Notes under the pieces: generated by a model
Databases searched by the model: none
Seen by the model: only the letters and a program-made list of their open reading frames with translations
What the model was told of the DNA's origin: nothing
Assembly: GCA_965242525.1 (NCBI GenBank)
Contig: OZ251459.1
Coordinates: 1,120,001 to 1,184,000 of the forward strand
Origin: an uncultured Candidatus Binatia bacterium
GTDB lineage: Bacteria; Desulfobacterota; Binatia; UBA9968; JAJDTQ01
Length of the DNA stretch: 64,000 nt
Direction of reading: 5' to 3'
Made by a program: the position numbers and the translations under genes
Part shown: positions 46,776 through 55,922 of the stretch, piece by piece
How positions within the stretch are numbered: position 1 is the first letter of the stretch
Layout of the letters: each line of letters opens with the position of its first letter

Positions 46776-47618
46776 ATGATCCGTCCCATCGCCCTGAAGC
46801 GCGGCCACTACGAATGCAAGTCCCTGGACGAGACGCTGCCGGTGCTCACCGACCTGCTGGCCCTGGAGGTGGTCCGGCGGGGACCGGGAGAGGCGGTAGT
46901 GAGGCACCCCAACACCGCCTGGGAGCTGGTGGTGCACGAGGGGGAGCCCGAGGCCGTGGACAAGCCGCACCTGCACCACTACGGCGTGCGCGTCGAGAAC
47001 CGGGAGGAGATCGACGCCGCCTACGAGTACATCCGGGAGCGCAAGGAACGGTACGGGCTCCTGCGCGTGAGCCGCCCCCACGAGAACCACTACGCCTACT
47101 CGGTCTATTTCCGGGAGCCCGGCGGCAACGACTGGGAGATCGAGTACTACGACCGGGAAGCGGTGGAGCAGGGCCGGAAGAACGCCGTCAACCCCTGGAC
47201 CGAGAAGCTCCCGGAGGAACGGTTCCCCGGACGCGGCTACGTGCCCCAGGCCCTGAGCCACGGCACCCGGGAGTGTGACGACAAGGCGGCGAGCTCCCGT
47301 TTCTACAGCGAGGTCCTGGGGCTGGAGATCGCCGGCGGCGGCAGGCAGTCGGTCTATGTCAAGCATTGCGACACGCCCTGGTACGTGGTGGTGCTGCCGG
47401 GCCGGACCCGCCACTACGTCTCGTCCCTGAACCGTTTCACGCTGCAAGTGGGGGGCCGGGAGGAAGTCGCGGACGCGCACCGGACGTTCCGGACGTCGGG
47501 CAGGGAGATGGGCGTGGGCGAAGTGCAGGACCTCCGGTCCGACAACGGCGAGACCTCGTTCGTGTTCAGCGACCTAGACCGGAACTGGTGGGAGATCTGG
47601 GCGGCGCAGCCGTCCTGA
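46776..47618 (+). CDS. Two-domain VOC (glyoxalase/extradiol dioxygenase-like) protein
   Basis: GHYEC, HHYGVRV, YFREPGGNDWEIE; second module SHGT.EC, FSDLDRNWWEI. Confidence 0.88.
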   Translation: MIRPIALKRGHYECKSLDETLPVLTDLLALEVVRRGPGEAVVRHPNTAWELVVHEGEPEAVDKPHLHHYGVRVENREEIDAAYEYIRERKERYGLLRVSRPHENHYAYSVYFREPGGNDWEIEYYDREAVEQGRKNAVNPWTEKLPEERFPGRGYVPQALSHGTRECDDKAASSRFYSEVLGLEIAGGGRQSVYVKHCDTPWYVVVLPGRTRHYVSSLNRFTLQVGGREEVADAHRTFRTSGREMGVGEVQDLRSDNGETSFVFSDLDRNWWEIWAAQPS

Positions 47619-47662
47619 AGGGGGGCGGCCGCACGCCGGCCTCTCGCCCGGGAGAAACGATC

Positions 47663-47974
47663 ATGTGGTTCCTTGCACTCAGGCGCGCGGCCAAGCCCAG
47701 GGAAGAATGGACCGTCCCGCTGGACGACCACCTGTCCTGGATGAAGCGCCAGCACGAAACGGGAAAGATCATCCTGTCGGGTCCGACCCCGGACCGGAAG
47801 CTCGGCATCTACCTCATCCGGGCGGACTCGCGGAAGGAAGCGGAAGGCGTCGCCGGCAGCGACCCCTACACCGCCGCGGGTTTCTGCGAGTTCGAACTCA
47901 TCGAATGGGAGCTCCACCAGGTGATGGGGGCCGGCCCGTTCTCCGCAGCCGAGATCAAGGCCCGTTCCTCGTAG
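47663..47974 (+). CDS. YciI family protein
   Basis: HLSWM, ILSGP, G.YLIRADS..EA, DPY. Confidence 0.85.
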   Translation: MWFLALRRAAKPREEWTVPLDDHLSWMKRQHETGKIILSGPTPDRKLGIYLIRADSRKEAEGVAGSDPYTAAGFCEFELIEWELHQVMGAGPFSAAEIKARSS

Positions 47975-48048
47975 GGCGTCGGCGACCCTCCACTCGACGA
48001 ACCCGAACGTCGCAAGCGGCGGCCCCGGACCGGGGCGGTCCCGCGAGG

Positions 48049-48825
48049 CTACAGGGCCGCGGAGAAGGAGCGGCGCCAAGCAAAGGCGCGCTGCTCGAAG
48101 CGGGCGATGACGCCGTACTCGATGACCAGCATGAGGACCACGAACAGCAGGATCCACGCCAGCACCTGCTCCATGTCGAAGTTCTCGAACCAGAAGAAGA
48201 ACATGTAGCCGATGCCGAACTTGATGCCGAAGGTCTCGGCCAGGGCCACGATCTTCCAGGTCATGCCGAAGGAGTACCGGAAAGCGGACATGAGGTAGGG
48301 CATGAGTTGGGGGATATAGACCTTGCGGATCAGCATCCTCCGGTTGGCCTTGAAGGACTTGGCCATGTCCATGAGGCTCTTGTCCATGGCCTTGGTGCCC
48401 TCCGCCATGTTCACGGTCACGAAAGGCGCGACCACCGCCATGACCGCCACCAGGCTCCCCACCTCGCTGAACCCGAACCAGAGCACGGCCAGGAACACCA
48501 TCAGTATGGTCGGGATGGTCAGGAACAGCGGTATCAGGCTCATGAGCGAGTGCTCCACCGTCTTGCGGAGCCCCATGGCCAGCCCGACGGCGATGCCCGC
48601 GAGCATCGCGGCCACGAACGCGATGACGATGCGAAGGAAGGTGATGCCGATGTGGAAGAACGCCGAGTTGCCTTCCGGACCCGCTTCCGTGAGGATGCGC
48701 AGCATGGTCCGGGCGATCAGGAACGGACCGGGCAGGACCTCCGGCGGCGTGAACCGGGAGGCGATCCACCAGCACGCCACCAGCGTCACCATGGACGCCA
48801 GGCGCATGTAGAGACGCATGCTCAT
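48049..48825 (-). CDS. NitT/TauT-type ABC transporter permease
   Basis: LPGP, TFLRI, VLWFG, MAKSF, PQLMPY, WKIVALAE, GIG. Confidence 0.92.
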   Translation of the reverse strand: MSMRLYMRLASMVTLVACWWIASRFTPPEVLPGPFLIARTMLRILTEAGPEGNSAFFHIGITFLRIVIAFVAAMLAGIAVGLAMGLRKTVEHSLMSLIPLFLTIPTILMVFLAVLWFGFSEVGSLVAVMAVVAPFVTVNMAEGTKAMDKSLMDMAKSFKANRRMLIRKVYIPQLMPYLMSAFRYSFGMTWKIVALAETFGIKFGIGYMFFFWFENFDMEQVLAWILLFVVLMLVIEYGVIARFEQRAFAWRRSFSAAL

Positions 48826-49601
48826 CGGGACTGCTCCTCCAGCACCGCGAAGAACTCCTGGACCAGCTCCTTCTCCAGGTCGAACAGGCGCGGGTCCTCG
48901 GGTTGCCGGGGCCGCGGCATGTCCACGTGGACGTGCCGGAAGATCCGCGCCGGCTTCGTGCTCATCATATAGACGTTGTCGGACAGATAGACGGCCTCCC
49001 GCAGGTCGTGGGTGACGAAGAGGATGGTGGTCCTCGCCCGTTCGAGGATGTCCATCAGGTCCATGCGCATCTTCCGCGCGGTGATCTCGTCCAGGTGGCT
49101 GAAGGGCTCGTCCATGAGCAGGATGTCGGGCTCGATGGCCAGAGCGCGGGCGATGGCCACCCGCTGCTGCATGCCCCCCGACAGGTTGAGCGGGTAGTTG
49201 GGTTCCTGGCCCGCCAGCCCCACCATGTCGAGGTACCGGGCCACACGGTCCCGCCACTGCTCCCGGGGCACCGCCTGGGCTTCCAGCGCGAACCGGATGT
49301 TGTCCTCCACCGTGAGCCAGTTGAGGAGACGGGCGCTTTGGAACACGTAGCCCACGTGCGCCGAGCCGTCCGGGGACTGGGCCGCGGGGTGGACCGTGAC
49401 GCTTCCGCCGTTCTCCTGCTCGATGCCCGCGATGACGTTCAGCAGCGTCGATTTGCCGCAGCCCGAAGGCCCTACGAGGCTGGCGAACTCCCCCTCCTTC
49501 ACGTCCAGGCTCACCGCGTCGAGCACCACGAAATCCGCGCCGCCGCCCGGAACCGGAAACTTCTTCGTCAACCCCTGTACCTGAACCACCGTCGAAGCCA
49601 T
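48822..49601 (-). CDS. NitT/TauT-type ABC transporter ATP-binding protein
   Basis: GPSGCGKST, LSGGMQQR, LLMDEPFSHLD, FVTHD. Confidence 0.95.
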   Translation of the reverse strand: MASTVVQVQGLTKKFPVPGGGADFVVLDAVSLDVKEGEFASLVGPSGCGKSTLLNVIAGIEQENGGSVTVHPAAQSPDGSAHVGYVFQSARLLNWLTVEDNIRFALEAQAVPREQWRDRVARYLDMVGLAGQEPNYPLNLSGGMQQRVAIARALAIEPDILLMDEPFSHLDEITARKMRMDLMDILERARTTILFVTHDLREAVYLSDNVYMMSTKPARIFRHVHVDMPRPRQPEDPRLFDLEKELVQEFFAVLEEQSR

Positions 49602-49649
49602 GGACAACACCTGTGTTGGAATGATGCGCAACCCGCGCGGTTCCGGCCG

Positions 49650-50414
49650 CTAGGTGGCCACCTGGTGGCGCCACTGGAAGGCGCGCCTCTCCCAGAACCG
49701 GAACAACAGCACGTCCACCAGGACCATGAAGACCATGAAGCTCACGCCCCATGCGAGCATCATGTCCACCCTGGTGTCCTCGAAATGGAAGATCAGCTTC
49801 TGGCCGACCCCGCTGCTCACGGCGAACGCCTCGCCCACCAGGGCGATCTTCCACGACAGCGAGAGCGCGATCCGCATGGACGAGAAGAGGTAGGGCAGGA
49901 GCTGCGGGACGATGACCTTGCGGACGATCAGGTGTCGGCTGGCCTTGTAAACCTTGGCCATGTCGATGACTTCCCTGTCGATGGCCTTGGTCCCTTCCCA
50001 CACGTTGAGGGCCACGAAGGGGAACACGATGAGCACGGTGGTGAACACCGGCCCGACGTCGGAAAGACCGAACCACAAGACCGCCAGGAAGGCCCAGCAG
50101 ACCGCGGGGAAGGTCAGCAGGACCATGATCCAGCCGTCCAGGAACGCCTCCACGTGCCGATGGAGCCCCATGATCAGGCCGGCGGCGCCGCCGATGATCA
50201 TGGAGCAGGTGAGCCCCAGTATGATCCGGCGCAGCGTGTCCCAGACCACCAGGTAGCTGGCGGGTTCCGAATAGACCACGAGGAGCCGGTCGAAGAGCTC
50301 CTCCGGTCCCGGCAGGAACGCCGGCAGGAACAGCAGCGACACCGCCTTCCAGACGAGGAGGAAAGCCAGGAACGTGAGGATACCGGCTGCAAGGCCGGGC
50401 TTGCCCTTGATCAT
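49650..50414 (-). CDS. NitT/TauT-type ABC transporter permease
   Basis: LPGP, TLRRI, LWFG, PQLLPY, WKIALVGE. Confidence 0.92.
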   Translation of the reverse strand: MIKGKPGLAAGILTFLAFLLVWKAVSLLFLPAFLPGPEELFDRLLVVYSEPASYLVVWDTLRRIILGLTCSMIIGGAAGLIMGLHRHVEAFLDGWIMVLLTFPAVCWAFLAVLWFGLSDVGPVFTTVLIVFPFVALNVWEGTKAIDREVIDMAKVYKASRHLIVRKVIVPQLLPYLFSSMRIALSLSWKIALVGEAFAVSSGVGQKLIFHFEDTRVDMMLAWGVSFMVFMVLVDVLLFRFWERRAFQWRHQVAT

Positions 50415-50505
50415 GAGGCGAGCCTGTCGAAGATGGGGTGGACGCGGGTCCCGGCGCCCGGGCGCGGCCAAGGCCGTTCCCGGAGCCCGGACGCCGCGCC
50501 GGCCG

Positions 50506-51501
50506 CTAGTCGAGGATCAGCCCGTGCTTCTTCTTGTCCGGGACCGTGTCGAGAACGCCTCTCTGCTTGGCCATCTCGAGGAAGTCCCATTGCGCGTCCA
50601 CCGTCTCCTTGTCCCACTTGGCCAGGAAGATCTTGTCCTTCTGCAGCCAGTCCCGGTAAACGCCCGCTTCGGCCTCGTTCTGGATGCCCGTCACCTTGGC
50701 GAACTTGGCCTCGGCCTGGTCGAAGTTCCTGGGGTCCCTGAGCCAACGCATGGACGCCATGACCGCGGTGGTGAAGTTCTTCGCCCGTTCCCGGTCCTCG
50801 TCCACCCACTCCCGCCAGCACACCAGCGGCGCGGACCATACGATGGGCTGGCCCGCCTTCTGCTTCCAGTACTCGTTGGGCACGAACACCGACCGGTACT
50901 TGTCGGGCTGGGACGCGGCCCGGACCGTGAGCGAACTGATGTTGAACATGGAGTCCACGTCGCCCCGGCCCAGCAGCGCCAGCAGCGCAGGGGCCGCGGC
51001 CTGGACCAGCTCCATGTCCTTCTTGTCGATGACGTCGATGCCGTGGCCGTCCATGATGACCGCCCGGGTGGCCTTGAAGGCGCCGGCGCCGGTGGACCAG
51101 GTGCCGAACTTCTTGCCCCGCAGGTCGCCGATGGACTGCACCGGGCTGTCCTTCTTGACGAAGACCTCCTGCATCACGGTCAACCCGCCTCCAATGATCA
51201 CGAAGTCGAGCCCCTTGGTGATCCTGGCGATGGCCGCGGTGCCGGCGTAGGACGAGCAGGGCACCTCCTTGGCGGGCAGGGCGGCCATGTGTCCCTTGAA
51301 GGGGCGCACATCCACGTCCGCGTCGATGCCGTGCTTCTCGAAGATGCCGGCCATCTCTCCGGCCAAGTACAGCATGGAGATGATGCTGTTCCGGCCCGCG
51401 GTGACCTTGATCTTGTGAAGGTGTCCCGCGGCTGCCGCCTCGCAGGCCATGAAGCCCACCAGGGCCGCGGCCAACAGCCCCGTCCGTTTGAAGCGTCTCA
51501 T
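50506..51501 (-). CDS. NMT1/SsuA-like ABC transporter substrate-binding protein
   Basis: Signal peptide; GIFEKHGID, DSPVQSIGDLRGKKFG, GDVD; GGAGG SD; heads the ABC operon. Confidence 0.9.
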   Translation of the reverse strand: MRRFKRTGLLAAALVGFMACEAAAAGHLHKIKVTAGRNSIISMLYLAGEMAGIFEKHGIDADVDVRPFKGHMAALPAKEVPCSSYAGTAAIARITKGLDFVIIGGGLTVMQEVFVKKDSPVQSIGDLRGKKFGTWSTGAGAFKATRAVIMDGHGIDVIDKKDMELVQAAAPALLALLGRGDVDSMFNISSLTVRAASQPDKYRSVFVPNEYWKQKAGQPIVWSAPLVCWREWVDEDRERAKNFTTAVMASMRWLRDPRNFDQAEAKFAKVTGIQNEAEAGVYRDWLQKDKIFLAKWDKETVDAQWDFLEMAKQRGVLDTVPDKKKHGLILD

Positions 51502-51569
51502 GTTCTACCTCCTTTGCTTGGGCGCGTTGGTGAGGGGAGCGTTCGTCCTGCCTCTTCACGTGAGACAGG

Positions 51570-51598
51570 ACACTAGTTGCTGGCGTGCGCTTTGTCAA
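51570..51598 (-). promoter_or_regulatory. Sigma70 promoter of the NitT/TauT-type operon
   Basis: Reverse strand TTGACA-17 nt-TAGTGT. Confidence 0.7.
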
Positions 51599-51665
51599 TG
51601 GTTCGACGCCCGTCGAACCTCCCGCCGGATCTCATGGCGGGCGGGGCAGGGGAGGGTCCATCGGG

Positions 51666-51694
51666 TGGAATCCCCACGGCCCTTGCCGTATAAT
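51666..51694 (+). promoter_or_regulatory. Putative sigma70 promoter for the 51765 gene
   Basis: TGGAAT-17 nt-TATAAT. Confidence 0.55.
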
Positions 51695-51764
51695 CCTCGT
51701 ACCCCGTTGAATCCTTGCCCCTGGTGGGCGATGGTCCTTTTCGCTGGCGCCACGGTCCTGACGG

Positions 51765-54143
51765 ATGACGACCCCCTCGACGCAGTTATGGCGCGTCCCG
51801 TTCCCGGTGTGGGCGCTGGCGGTCTGCCTGCTGTTCGCAGCCGTCGGCTTCGCCGTCCTCGACGACTACGGCGTAGTGAGGGACGAAGTGACCCAGCGCA
51901 AAGTCGGACACGCCGCGGTCAACTACGTCCTGGGGGAGAGCGACGCGCTACGGCCAGGCTACTACAGATTCTATGCAAACGCATTCGAGACTTTCCTCGC
52001 GCTGGCCGAGCGCCTCCCGGGGCTGGACGACAGCCGCAGCGCCTACCTCGCCCGGCACCTCCTGACCCACCTCTTCTTCCTGCTCGGAGGGTTCTTCTGC
52101 TCCCTGCTCGCCTACCGCATGTCCGACAGCCGACTCCTGGCCCTCTTCGCACTCCTCCTCTTCCTCCTCCATCCCAGGCTCTACGGCCACTCCTTCGTCA
52201 ACTCCAAGGACATCCCCTTCCTCGTGATGTTCATGGTTTCCCTCTACCTGGTCCACCGGGCCTTCCGGCGGGACACCCTCCGCGCATTCGTCCTCTGCGG
52301 CGCGGGCGTGGGCATGCTCGCCAACTTCCGCAGCATGGGGGTCCTGCTCTTCGCCGCAGTCCTGGCCTTGCGGGCCTGCGACCTCTTCCAGGTGTCGGAA
52401 GACCAGGAGCGCAAGCGCGTCCGCAACACCGGGTTCGCCTTCGCGGCCGCGGGCGCCCTGACCCTCTACGCCACATCCCCCTGGCTCTGGCGCAACCCTT
52501 TCGAGTTCGTCATGGCCTTGGCCATCCTGTCCCGATACCCCGACCCACTCGCTTCGTTCTTCCAGGGTCAGGTGGTTAGCTGGCCGGACATTCCGCCCCA
52601 CTACATCCCCGTCTGGATCGCCGTCACCACGCCCCCGGTGGTCCTCCTGCTCGGCCTCGCCGGAGCCGCTTCCCTGGTCCGCTCCCTGTGGGTCCGTCCC
52701 CGGGACGCCCTCCGCAACACGGACCTGCGCTTCGTCTGCCTGCTCGCCGCTTGCCTCGTGTTGACCGTCCTTGCCGTCGTCCTCATCGGCTCCAACCTCT
52801 ATGACGCGTGGCGCCACGTCTATTTCCTCTACGCCCCGCTCTGCCTGCTGGCCGTGTTCGGCCTTCGATGGCTGGCTTCGCTTTGCGCACGGCCCGCGCT
52901 GCGGAAGGGCGTCTATGCCGCTGCCGCGGCGGGCGTGGCCGTTGCAGCCGTCGAAACGGTCTCCATCCATCCCTACCAGGCGCTCTATTTCAACTCCCTG
53001 GTGGACCGCCACGCCCCCGAGCGCCTGCGCAGCCGGTACGGCATGATCTACTCGGGCCTGGCGTACCGGGAGGGGCTGGAACACCTGCTCCGGCGCCATC
53101 CCTCTTCACCCGTTTACGTGGGCCGCTCGATGCTCCATGTGCGTTATATCGGGTTCTCGAACCTGGAGATCCTTCCGCCGGAGGACCGGCGAAGGATCGT
53201 CAGGAGGGCGGGGATGCAATGGTGGGGTGACTATTACGTTTCCGGCCCCGGCTCCTTCTTCCGCAAACGGGTGAGGGCCAGACCCTACGGACCGCCCTTC
53301 GCGCCCGTCGTCCACTCCCGCAAGCTCTACAACAACACCATCCTCACGGTGACCGCGGCCGACCCCTCCCTGGTGAGCGAAGCCGCCGCGGACGACTACC
53401 GGGAAATATACAGATCCCTCAAGTCCACCACCCCGGTCGCCGAGTCCGACTTCGACCTATACATCGACGGAAAGACCCTGACCTACCTGAGGGAGTCCTG
53501 CCGTCCGCGGGACGTCCGCATGCCCTTCTCCCTGCGGGTCTTCCCCGTCCGGGTCCGGGACCTCGCCCCACAGCACCGCCGGCAAGGCTTCGAACCGCTG
53601 CCTTTCGAGTTCGCCCGCTACGGCGTCCATATCGACGGCAAGTGCATGCTGCGCCTCCGGCTGCCCGACTACCCCGTCCGCGCCATCGAGACCGGCCAGA
53701 GGAAACCCCGTTCGGGCAGACGCTGGCGAGTCGCCGTCAGCCTGCCGCCCAACGGACCGGTCTCTGCCCGGGTGCGGGAAGAGACGTTCCCCGGGGCGTC
53801 CGCCAAGCCCGTCGCCCAGTCCCGCTTCGACGTCTACCTCCGCGGGGACACCCTGGCCTACCTCAGGGACCCGTGCGTCCGGGAGGACACCGCCACGCGC
53901 TTCTTCCTGCACCTGGTTCCGTCGGACCCGGCCGATCTTCCTTCCCATCGAAGGCGGTGGGGCTACGACAACCTCGACTTCCCTTTCGGAAGGGCCGGCG
54001 CGGTCCGGGACGGGAAATGCCTGGCCCTGGTCGAACTCCCCGGCTATGGAATCGCCCGTATCCGCACGGGCCAGTTCGTCAAACTCCCCAGCCTCCCCAG
54101 CCGGAAGACATGGGAGGCGGACATCGACCTCCGCCGCCCCTGA
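51765..54143 (+). CDS. GT-C (ArnT/PMT-like) membrane glycosyltransferase with two tandem two-Cys C-terminal domains
   Basis: DYGVVRDE first-loop acidic motif; PRLYGHSFVNSKDIP; PPHYIPVW..VTTP; LYDAWRH; HPYQ..YFN; repeats at about 53440-53740 and 53815-54135. Confidence 0.85.
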   Translation: MTTPSTQLWRVPFPVWALAVCLLFAAVGFAVLDDYGVVRDEVTQRKVGHAAVNYVLGESDALRPGYYRFYANAFETFLALAERLPGLDDSRSAYLARHLLTHLFFLLGGFFCSLLAYRMSDSRLLALFALLLFLLHPRLYGHSFVNSKDIPFLVMFMVSLYLVHRAFRRDTLRAFVLCGAGVGMLANFRSMGVLLFAAVLALRACDLFQVSEDQERKRVRNTGFAFAAAGALTLYATSPWLWRNPFEFVMALAILSRYPDPLASFFQGQVVSWPDIPPHYIPVWIAVTTPPVVLLLGLAGAASLVRSLWVRPRDALRNTDLRFVCLLAACLVLTVLAVVLIGSNLYDAWRHVYFLYAPLCLLAVFGLRWLASLCARPALRKGVYAAAAAGVAVAAVETVSIHPYQALYFNSLVDRHAPERLRSRYGMIYSGLAYREGLEHLLRRHPSSPVYVGRSMLHVRYIGFSNLEILPPEDRRRIVRRAGMQWWGDYYVSGPGSFFRKRVRARPYGPPFAPVVHSRKLYNNTILTVTAADPSLVSEAAADDYREIYRSLKSTTPVAESDFDLYIDGKTLTYLRESCRPRDVRMPFSLRVFPVRVRDLAPQHRRQGFEPLPFEFARYGVHIDGKCMLRLRLPDYPVRAIETGQRKPRSGRRWRVAVSLPPNGPVSARVREETFPGASAKPVAQSRFDVYLRGDTLAYLRDPCVREDTATRFFLHLVPSDPADLPSHRRRWGYDNLDFPFGRAGAVRDGKCLALVELPGYGIARIRTGQFVKLPSLPSRKTWEADIDLRRP

Positions 54144-54151
54144 AACGCCCG

Positions 54152-55549
54152 TCACGACTCGCGGTCCTGTTTCAGGTACTCGTTCAGGTCGATCTTCCGC
54201 CACAGTTCCGGGTCCGGCTCGATCCTGGTCTCGAACTCCGTCTCCACCGGCCGGGTGGCGTCGATGACCAGGTGGGTGGTCATGGGACCCCGGCCGGTCC
54301 GGGCCTCGTTGTAGGAGACCGGGTCGAGGTGGGCGCCCTTGACCCCCGGCAGGATGAGCAGGTCCCGGTCGGCCACCATCCGGGTGTTGACCGCCCAGGC
54401 CACTTCCCGTTCGTCGTAGACGTCCACGTCGTCGTCCACCACCACCGCGGTCTTGGCGTAGTTGTCGGTGGCCACCGCCACCAGTCCCGCCTGCTTGGCC
54501 TCTCCCGGAACCCTCTGCCGCAACGATACGTAGGCGCCCAGCCAGCCCATGACGTTGACCGACTCGAGGGTAGGGAACTGCGCGCGCAGCCGGTCGTAGA
54601 GGGCCATCTCCGCGCTCATGCTGGGGGCCAGGTTGTGCTCCCGGTGGGCCGAGTCCAGGTGGTGGTAGATGGCGTCCCGGCGCATGGTGACCGCGCTCAC
54701 GTCGATGACGTAGCAAGGCTTGTCGCCCACGCCGTAGTACCCCAGGTACTCGGCGTAGGGGCCGTCCGCGGCCATGACCGCGGGGTCGATGGTCCCTTCG
54801 ACGACGATCTCCGCCTGGGCCGGCACCGGCAGGTCCACGGTCTCGCCCCTGACCACCTCCAGGGGTTCCCCCAGGTAGCCGCCCATGAGGTCGAACTCCA
54901 CCACCCCCTTGCCCAGGGACGCCTGGAGCACCGCGGAATGGTGGCCGATGACCAGGGCCACCTCCATGGGTCGGCCCAACTCGGCGTAGCGCCGCGCGAT
55001 GTAGGCGCCGTCGTTGCCGGGGTTGATCATGCAGCCGAGCCGGTTTCGGCCCATCACCATGTGGCGGTAGATGCCCGCGTTGGGAACCCCCGTGTCCGGC
55101 CACTTGGCGATCATGAACCCCGCGCTGACGTACTTGCCCGCGTCCAGCCTGGAGTTGTGGATGATGGGCAGCACCCCCAGGTCCGCGGCCTCGCCTACGA
55201 ACCTCTCGTCCTTGACGGGCGCGTCCGCTTCGGCCACCCATCGAGGGTCCTCCCGCCGGGCGAGCTTCCTGCGCAGCACGTCGTAGATCTCCACCCGGGT
55301 CATGCGCCGAGGGTCGCAGCCGAGGCCCAGGGCCAGGAGCTCGAAGGAGCCGAACAGGTTGGTCACCAGCGGCAGCCGGCTGCCGCGGATCTCGGGACAA
55401 TAGATCACCGGGTTGCGTCCCTGGCTCGCCAGCTTGTGCTGGACGACGCTGACTTCGAGGTAGGGGTCCAGCGGCTTCGCGACCTCCACGTAGTTGCCGG
55501 GTCCCGTGTCCCGCACCAAACGCAGGAAATCTCTCAGGTTCGGGTTCAT
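54152..55549 (-). CDS. UbiD family (prFMN-dependent) decarboxylase
   Basis: LVTNLFGS, LPI......DAGKY, NAGIYR, VPAQAEIVVEG, DGPYAEYLGYY, VVVDDDVD, WAVNTR, LDP, IDAT. Confidence 0.93.
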   Translation of the reverse strand: MNPNLRDFLRLVRDTGPGNYVEVAKPLDPYLEVSVVQHKLASQGRNPVIYCPEIRGSRLPLVTNLFGSFELLALGLGCDPRRMTRVEIYDVLRRKLARREDPRWVAEADAPVKDERFVGEAADLGVLPIIHNSRLDAGKYVSAGFMIAKWPDTGVPNAGIYRHMVMGRNRLGCMINPGNDGAYIARRYAELGRPMEVALVIGHHSAVLQASLGKGVVEFDLMGGYLGEPLEVVRGETVDLPVPAQAEIVVEGTIDPAVMAADGPYAEYLGYYGVGDKPCYVIDVSAVTMRRDAIYHHLDSAHREHNLAPSMSAEMALYDRLRAQFPTLESVNVMGWLGAYVSLRQRVPGEAKQAGLVAVATDNYAKTAVVVDDDVDVYDEREVAWAVNTRMVADRDLLILPGVKGAHLDPVSYNEARTGRGPMTTHLVIDATRPVETEFETRIEPDPELWRKIDLNEYLKQDRES

Positions 55550-55568
55550 AAGTGGCCGTCCCTTCTAA

Positions 55569-55678
55569 GGAAACTCTGAACAATTCCGGCTTGAACTCCA
55601 TCTCCCTGCGGGAAAGCGCGTCCTTCGACTTCGCTTCGCTACGCTCAGGACGAACGGAGTTGATTGTTCAGAGTTTCC
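55569..55678. mobile_element. 110-bp IS5-like MITE carrying the palindromic repeat core (copy 5, 55620-55657)
   Basis: Perfect 16-bp TIRs ggaaactctgaacaat / attgttcagagtttcc; CTAA on both sides (55565-55568, 55679-55682); no transposase ORF. Confidence 0.88.
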
Positions 55679-55863
55679 CTAAGCTCGGATCAGCCTCGGA
55701 CCCTGTTCGACAACTCGTCTTTCAACGACGTTTCCCGGCCGTTGTCCCGCCGGTCAGGGATGAGGGTCCGAAGCGGAAGAACCCTTTGGCGCTTCCGGTT
55801 TTCGAGTGGGGGGGAGGATAGTAGGAGAAGGGGGTTGGGGGCAAGGGGAGGAAGGCAGGGAGA

Positions 55864-55893
55864 TTGACGCCCGGACCGGGCCGCGGCTAAGCT
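55864..55893 (+). promoter_or_regulatory. Putative sigma70 promoter for the ATPase-TOPRIM pair
   Basis: TTGACG-18 nt-TAAGCT. Confidence 0.55.
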
Positions 55894-55922
55894 GTTCCGC
55901 GGAAGCCGGGAGGCTGTGCCGA

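Noticed and set aside
3126-55657. 38-bp repeat as a CRISPR repeat
   Set aside because: Copies are dispersed and in both orientations, with no regular spacers and no cas genes
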